From: an uncultured Solirubrobacteraceae bacterium
GTDB lineage: Bacteria; Actinomycetota; Thermoleophilia; Solirubrobacterales; Solirubrobacteraceae
Reading direction: 5' to 3'
Length of the DNA: 64,000 nt
NCBI GenBank assembly: GCA_964588985.1
Contig: CAZPQW010000010.1
Span: 52,745-116,744, forward strand
In this document: in pieces, positions 57,684 to 64,000 of the stretch
Layout of the letters: each line of letters opens with the position of its first letter
How positions within the stretch are numbered: position 1 is the first letter of the stretch
Program-made: the position numbers and the translations under genes
Notes under the pieces: model-generated
What the model saw: the letters and a program-made list of their open reading frames with translations, nothing else
The model's database searches: none
What the model was told of the DNA's origin: nothing

Positions 57684-58423
57684 ATGTCGAGCGGCGAGCC
57701 CACGAAGGTCAAGATCTGCGGGATCACGAATCTCGAGGACGCGGAGCTGTCCGTGGGCCTGGGAGCGTGGACGCTGGGGATGATCTTCTACGAGCGCAGC
57801 CCCCGCCGCTGCTCGATCGAAAGCGCGCGGCAGATCGTGGCGGCGATGCGCAGGCGCGTGGAGCTGTGCGGCGTGTTCGTGAACGCGCCGCTCGAGGAGG
57901 TCGTGCGCGTGAGCGAGGATCTCGGTCTGACGATGCTGCAACTGCACGGCGACGAGGGCCCGTCGTTCTGCGAGGAGGCGAGGCGGCGCACGGGCGCACG
58001 GATCGTCAAGGCGGCTCAGGTGTCGGGCGCCGCGGACGTGCAGGATCTCGAGCGCTTCCACGTCGACTTCCACCTGCTCGACACCCGCTCGGCCGCGGTC
58101 TCGCGGCAGGGCATGCGCGGAGGCACGGGGGAGACCTTCGAATGGAAGCTCGCCGCCGCCCGACGCTCGAAGGTGCCGCTGATCCTCAGCGGGGGCCTCG
58201 ACGCCGAGAACGTCGCGGAGGCGATCGCGATCACCCATCCCTACGCGGTCGACAGCGCCAGCGGCACGGAGTCCGCTCCTGGGCACAAGGAACCCAAGAA
58301 GCTGGCGGCGCTGTTCGCGGCCGTCCGTGAGGCAAACGAGCCACAGCCGGTGCCGGTCGAGGAGCCGCAGGCCAACGACCAGCCGCAGGAGAGCGACCGG
58401 CCAGAGCAGATCGGCCAGCCGGC

Positions 58424-58427
<4 letters not shown>
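57684..58427 (+). CDS. trpF: Phosphoribosylanthranilate isomerase
   Basis: [32 protein letters not shown]. Confidence 0.96.
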
Positions 58428-59604
<1,177 letters not shown>

Positions 59605-59608
<4 letters not shown>

Positions 59609-60429
59609 GCACGGTGGCGAGGACCGGCATCGAGCGCCTCGCGGACGCGTTCGCGCACACCGGCAAGCGCGCCGCGCTGATGCCGTATGTGATGGGCGGC
59701 TTTCCGACACTCGAGGAGTCGGTGCGGATCGGGGAAGCGTGCGTGCAGGCCGGGGCGGACGTGATCGAGCTCGGCGTGCCCTACTCCGACCCGCTCGCCG
59801 ACGGCCCGGTGATCCACGCCGCGGGCACGCAGGCGCTCGCCGCGGGCGCGAGCGTGGCGGGCGTGCTCGAGGTCGCGCGCGCTCTCTCCGCGAGCGTTCC
59901 GGTGGTGCTGATGTGTTACGCCAACATGGTGTTCGCCCCCGGCGTGGACGCGTTCGTGGAGCGGCTCGCGAGGACGGGGGCGTGTGGGCTGATCGTGCCG
60001 GATCTGCCTCAGGGCGAGGCGTCGGAGGTGCTCGACGTCTGCGACGCGCATGGGATCGCGCTGGTGCCGCTCGTGGCGCCCACGACCACGCCGGAGCGTC
60101 TGGCGGAGATCGGCGCGCGGGCGCGCGGCTTCCTCTACACGGTCTCCGTCGTCGGCACCACCGGCGAGCGCAGCGCGCTCAGCGACAGCTTCGCCGAGAT
60201 CGTCGCGAGGTCCAAGCGGTGCACGCAGGCGCCGGTCGCATTGGGCTTCGGGATCAGCAGCGCCGAGCAGGCCGCCCAGGCGGCGGACGCGGGCGCGGAC
60301 GGGGTGATCGTCGGCACGCGACTGGTTCGCGCGGCGGGGGAGTCGGAGGACCCCGCGGGCGCGGTGGGGCTGCTCGTGGGGGAGCTCGCGGCGGGTCTGG
60401 CGGCGACCGACCCGGGGGCGGCCAGCTAA
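59605..60429 (+). CDS. trpA: Tryptophan synthase alpha chain
   Basis: [31 protein letters not shown]; ATGA overlap with trpB. Confidence 0.96.
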
Positions 60430-60441
60430 GATTCCGCGCGC

Positions 60442-60603
60442 ATGGGACTGATACTCACCGTAACCGCCGGCCTGATCGTATGGATCGTGCTGTGGGCGCT
60501 CGGAGCCAAAGGCCTCGACGCGTTCCTGCTCGCCACCGTGATCATCCTCGTGGGATCCTCGCTGAAGATCCTCTCCGGCTACCTCCCCGGCCGCCGCAGC
60601 TAG
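60442..60603 (+). CDS. Small 2-TM membrane protein (53 aa, not in the ORF track)
   Basis: MGLILTVTAGLIVWIVLWALGAKGLDAFLLATVIILVGSSLKILSGYLPGRRS; TAAGAT -10 upstream. Confidence 0.75.
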   Translation: MGLILTVTAGLIVWIVLWALGAKGLDAFLLATVIILVGSSLKILSGYLPGRRS

Positions 60604-60609
60604 CAACAG

Positions 60610-61851
60610 GTGCTCGCGCGCTGGCTGGGCCTTGCCGCTCTCGCCGCCGCGGGCGCTGGTCTGGCGGGTTGCGCGGGGGGCGCGCCGAGCTCCGACGTAG
60701 CCGAAGCCACCGGAGGACAGCTCGCGATCTACTCCTCGCTGCCGCTGCAGGGGCCGTCGGCTGCGACCTCGCGACAGATAGTGGGTGGAGAGAAGCTCGC
60801 GCTCGCCGACGCGCAGGGGCGCGCCGGGCGTTTCAAGATCGGCTACGTCTCGCTCGATGACGCCAACCCGCAAAGCGGGGAATGGAGCCCCGACGTCACC
60901 TCAACGAACGCGAAGACGGCCGCGCAGGACCTGAGCACGATCGCCTACATCGGCGACTTCAACTCCGCCGCGACCGCGATCTCGCTGCCGCTGACCAACG
61001 CCGCGGGCATCCTGCAGGTCAGCCCCAGCAGCCCGTATCAGGGGCTCACGCGCTCGCTCGACGCGGGACAGGACGAGCCCGAACGGTTCTACCTGAGCGG
61101 CAAGCGCACGTTCGCCAGGCTGCAGCCTGGCGACACCGTGCAGGCGAAGGCGCAGGTGCGGCTGATGAGCGCGCTCGGCGTGCGCCGCGTGTATGTGATC
61201 GACAATCAGGACCCATTCGAGATCCCGCTCGCCGATCTCGTCGCCTCCGGCGCCGCCGCCTCGGGGATCAAGCTCGCGGCCCACGACAGCATCGCGACGA
61301 GCGTCGGCGCGACGTACTCGGGCGAGGTCGAAAAGATCCTCGAAAGCAAATCGCAGGCCGTGTTCTTCGCGGGCGGGGGTGGGGCCGGGACGGTCGCGCT
61401 GTGGCGCGCGCTGCACAGCGCCGACCCGCGCCTGCTGCTGTTGGGCACCAGCTCGATGGCGGGTGAAACGTTCACCTCCCAGATCGGCGCCGCGGGAGCC
61501 GAGACGTACCTGACGACGCCGGTGCTCCCGATCGGGCTCTACCCGCTGTCGGGGCAGCGCGTGCTGCGCGACTACTCGAAGACGTTCGGCGGGAAAGCCG
61601 GGCCCTACGTGCTCTACGGCTACGAGGCGATGACGGTGGTGCTCGACGCGATCCGCGCGGCCGGTGTGCACGGGGACGACCGCCAGTCGGTGATCGCCGG
61701 GTTGTTCGCCGTGCGCAACCGCAACTCGGTGCTAGGCCGCTACTCGATCGAAGCCAACGGCGAAACCACGCTCTCGCGCTACGGCGTCGACCGGGTGCGT
61801 CACGGCCGGCCGGTGTTCGACCGCGCGATCGAAGTGTCGCCTGCCGGCTGA
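60610..61851 (+). CDS. Branched-chain amino acid ABC-type substrate-binding lipoprotein
   Basis: Lipobox LAGC, YSSLPLQG, IGDFNSAAT, YGYEAM. Confidence 0.88.
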   Translation: MLARWLGLAALAAAGAGLAGCAGGAPSSDVAEATGGQLAIYSSLPLQGPSAATSRQIVGGEKLALADAQGRAGRFKIGYVSLDDANPQSGEWSPDVTSTNAKTAAQDLSTIAYIGDFNSAATAISLPLTNAAGILQVSPSSPYQGLTRSLDAGQDEPERFYLSGKRTFARLQPGDTVQAKAQVRLMSALGVRRVYVIDNQDPFEIPLADLVASGAAASGIKLAAHDSIATSVGATYSGEVEKILESKSQAVFFAGGGGAGTVALWRALHSADPRLLLLGTSSMAGETFTSQIGAAGAETYLTTPVLPIGLYPLSGQRVLRDYSKTFGGKAGPYVLYGYEAMTVVLDAIRAAGVHGDDRQSVIAGLFAVRNRNSVLGRYSIEANGETTLSRYGVDRVRHGRPVFDRAIEVSPAG

Positions 61852-61881
61852 GCACCGCTGTCCTCGCGAGGCTTGGCGGGC

Positions 61882-63666
61882 TCAGCCCGACGGCGTGCTC
61901 GTCGCCGTCTGCAGGCCGAGGACGAGCCGGAAGCGCTGGACTTCTCCGCCGAGGTCGTGGCCGCCGCCGGCGAGCGTGGTGAGCGAGCGCAGGTAGGGCA
62001 CGAACTTGGAGAACGCCGGGTCTTCGGTGAGTCCGACCCCTTCGAGCAGGCTCAGCAGCGTGGGGAAGTCCGCGAGTATGCTCGGCTGGGCGCCTTCGCC
62101 GAGCGTCGACGCCGCCGTCCCGCGCGAGGGCGCCGAGGCGAGTGTGCTCCCCGGGCTCAGCGCCGCGGTCACGGATGCTTCGCCGAAGCCGAGCACGAAT
62201 TTGGTGTGGCCGCTGGAGTCGCGGCCGTCGGCGATGTCCAGGATGACCGGCAGCCCCGTGAGGCGCGCGCCCACCGAAGCGTCGGTGCCCGGAATCGAGT
62301 TGCGCTGGAGCGAGCCACCCGCTTTGACGAGCTGTGACGCCAGCTCGTTCACGGCGGCGCGCGAGCGCGCCGGGTCCTTGGATTCAATCACCACCGCCGC
62401 CTTCAGTTCGAGCAGGCTGCCGCCGCTGGCGAAGATGCCGGCCGACCCCATCCAGCTGGTGAACGCGCGCTTGGCCTGAGCGGTGGGCGCGCCCAGCACC
62501 TTCAACGGCGCGAGCATCCCTTCCAGCAGTCCACCGATCGAGAGCGTGCTCGACGCGGGCGCCGCCACGCCGGCTGGGCCCGAGGCCCCCGCGACGAGCG
62601 AGCCCAGCGACTCGAGGCCCTGGACGTCCCCGGCGAGGCTTTCGCCGACGTTGCCGAGCCCGATCGCGAGCCAGGATTCCCCGGGCAGTTCGGCGAGCGA
62701 CTGCGCGCCAGCCGGATCGGCCGACAGCAGGCCGCCGCCCGCACCGTTCTTGGAGCCGGCGCCCAGCGTGTCCGCGTCGAGGGCGAGCGACCCCGAGGAG
62801 GCGACGAGCGAGATGTTCGCCTGATGCCCCGAGGAGAGCAGTCCGAGCACGCCCGAGAGGCCGGCCTGTGAGCCGGCGCTCGCCCCGGGCGTCGCGACGG
62901 TCGTCGGGTTGGAGTAGATGTGGGCGAGCGCGTCCGACGGCGCGGCGGCGAGCAGCTTCGCGTATCCGCTCGAGTGCACCAGCGAGGATCCGCCGAGCGT
63001 CGTGTCGATCACGCCGTGCATGCCCGCTTCGCTGCCGATGACCGCGAAGCGATCGACGATCCCGAAGGCCAGTCCCTTGGCGGTGGCCTCATAGCTGACG
63101 CCGCGGTAGCTCGTCGCGTGTGCGCTCGCGTGGCGCGCCTGGGATTCGAGGAACGCGCGCGCCTTGGTCGCGTCGCTCGTGTCGAGCACGATCGCGCCCT
63201 CGGCCGAGCCGGTGGCGAGCGGGAACGTCCCGCTGCCCGCGGACCCGCCGCCGAGCAGCCCCTGCTGGAGCACTTCAGCGATCGGGCCGGCGGAGCTGAG
63301 CGACGCGAGGTACACGCCCGCGTGGGGGCCGAGCCACGGCGCGACGTCGCGCTTGAAGTCGAGCGTCGGCGAGCCCGGTGTCTGCAGCGCCGCGAGCAGC
63401 CGCAGGTAGGGGTCGGCCTGGTGGGTGAGCGCGCTGCCGGCGGCGAGCGCTTCGGTGCGCTGCGCGCCCGTCGGGCGCACGGTCGCGCCGGCGTACAGCG
63501 CGGCCGAGGCCGGGATCGCGCTCGCGGGGTCGGCGGACGTGGCGATCCTGTGGCTCGAGCCGCAGCCCGCCAGCACGCCCGCGCCGAGCGCGAGCGACGC
63601 CACGGCGGCGAGCGCACGCGCGATCAGGGGACGAAGGCGGAACGCGGGTGCGGAGACTCGGGACAA
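61882..63666 (-). CDS. DUF3352-like lipoprotein
   Basis: Lipobox LAGC, DPASAIPASAALY, DFKRDVAPWLG; TTG start at 63666 is approximate. Confidence 0.7.
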   Translation of the reverse strand: MSRVSAPAFRLRPLIARALAAVASLALGAGVLAGCGSSHRIATSADPASAIPASAALYAGATVRPTGAQRTEALAAGSALTHQADPYLRLLAALQTPGSPTLDFKRDVAPWLGPHAGVYLASLSSAGPIAEVLQQGLLGGGSAGSGTFPLATGSAEGAIVLDTSDATKARAFLESQARHASAHATSYRGVSYEATAKGLAFGIVDRFAVIGSEAGMHGVIDTTLGGSSLVHSSGYAKLLAAAPSDALAHIYSNPTTVATPGASAGSQAGLSGVLGLLSSGHQANISLVASSGSLALDADTLGAGSKNGAGGGLLSADPAGAQSLAELPGESWLAIGLGNVGESLAGDVQGLESLGSLVAGASGPAGVAAPASSTLSIGGLLEGMLAPLKVLGAPTAQAKRAFTSWMGSAGIFASGGSLLELKAAVVIESKDPARSRAAVNELASQLVKAGGSLQRNSIPGTDASVGARLTGLPVILDIADGRDSSGHTKFVLGFGEASVTAALSPGSTLASAPSRGTAASTLGEGAQPSILADFPTLLSLLEGVGLTEDPAFSKFVPYLRSLTTLAGGGHDLGGEVQRFRLVLGLQTATSTPSG

Positions 63667-63890
63667 CGGGGGTCCTTTCTCTGGCCCGGCGGACGCCAGG
63701 CAGGAAAACCGATCGTAATCGGAGCGTCCGACGACACGCAAGGGGGTGGCGCGTTCTGCAATCCCCGTCTCAGCCACGTCGGATGCACGGTGGCTTGCGT
63801 GTTGGGGCGCCGCTGTCGATGGCCCGGAAGCGCCAGAAAGTGCCGCGATTGCAGGCGTTTCGCTCGAGTCTGCGATCTCATGACTGGAAA

Positions 63891-63943
63891 GTGGGAGAAG
63901 ATGTGCAAATAGGGTTGCATTGTGGGAGAAAGTGGGATATCTT
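63891..63943 (+). promoter_or_regulatory. Sigma70-type promoter with MraZ-box-like GTGGGA repeats
   Basis: TTGCAT(63915)-N17-TATCTT(63938); GTGGGA at 63891, 63922 and 63932. Confidence 0.7.
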
Positions 63944-63951
63944 CGCCGCAG

Positions 63952-63996
63952 CGAGCCGGGGTGGAGGGGCTCCTCCCACTCCTCCACCTCGGCTCG
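63952..63996 (+). ncRNA. Leader hairpin resembling the actinobacterial mraW RNA motif
   Basis: 18-bp stem with two G-U pairs and a pyrimidine loop CUCCUCCCA, just downstream of the promoter. Confidence 0.5.
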
Positions 63997-64000
63997 GTAA

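Overview
High-GC actinobacterial chromosome segment. Gene content and style suggest Thermoleophilia/Solirubrobacterales (inference). The right half is mostly housekeeping: MaoC pair, hrcA-dnaJ-prmA, yqeY-phoH-ybeY-era, hisIE-trpEGDC-(htrA)-trpFBA, and a probable mraZ/dcw promoter at the right edge. Two divergent tRNAs (Leu-CAG, Glu-CTC) at 22.7-23.0 kb are flanked by accessory DNA. Left of them lie a c-di-GMP/ANTAR cluster, an ice-binding protein plus L,D-transpeptidase pair, and a decayed toxin/defence patch (RelE remnant, AbiEi, AbiEii fused to a helicase remnant, ART-like gene, MerR gene). Right of them lie a GGDEF-EAL / SxtA4-like oxoamine synthase / MFS operon and a relaxase-less VirD4-like / pseudo-response-regulator / SSB module. 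A PadR-ABC-terpene synthase cassette sits after era. Best candidates for undescribed systems: (1) the oxoamine synthase-c-di-GMP operon, (2) possible LDT-mediated anchoring through a C-terminal FTG motif, (3) the asymmetric ABC plus class IB terpene synthase cassette. No CRISPR array, rRNA, integrase or transposase was seen. All family calls come from motif reading and recall, not database searches.
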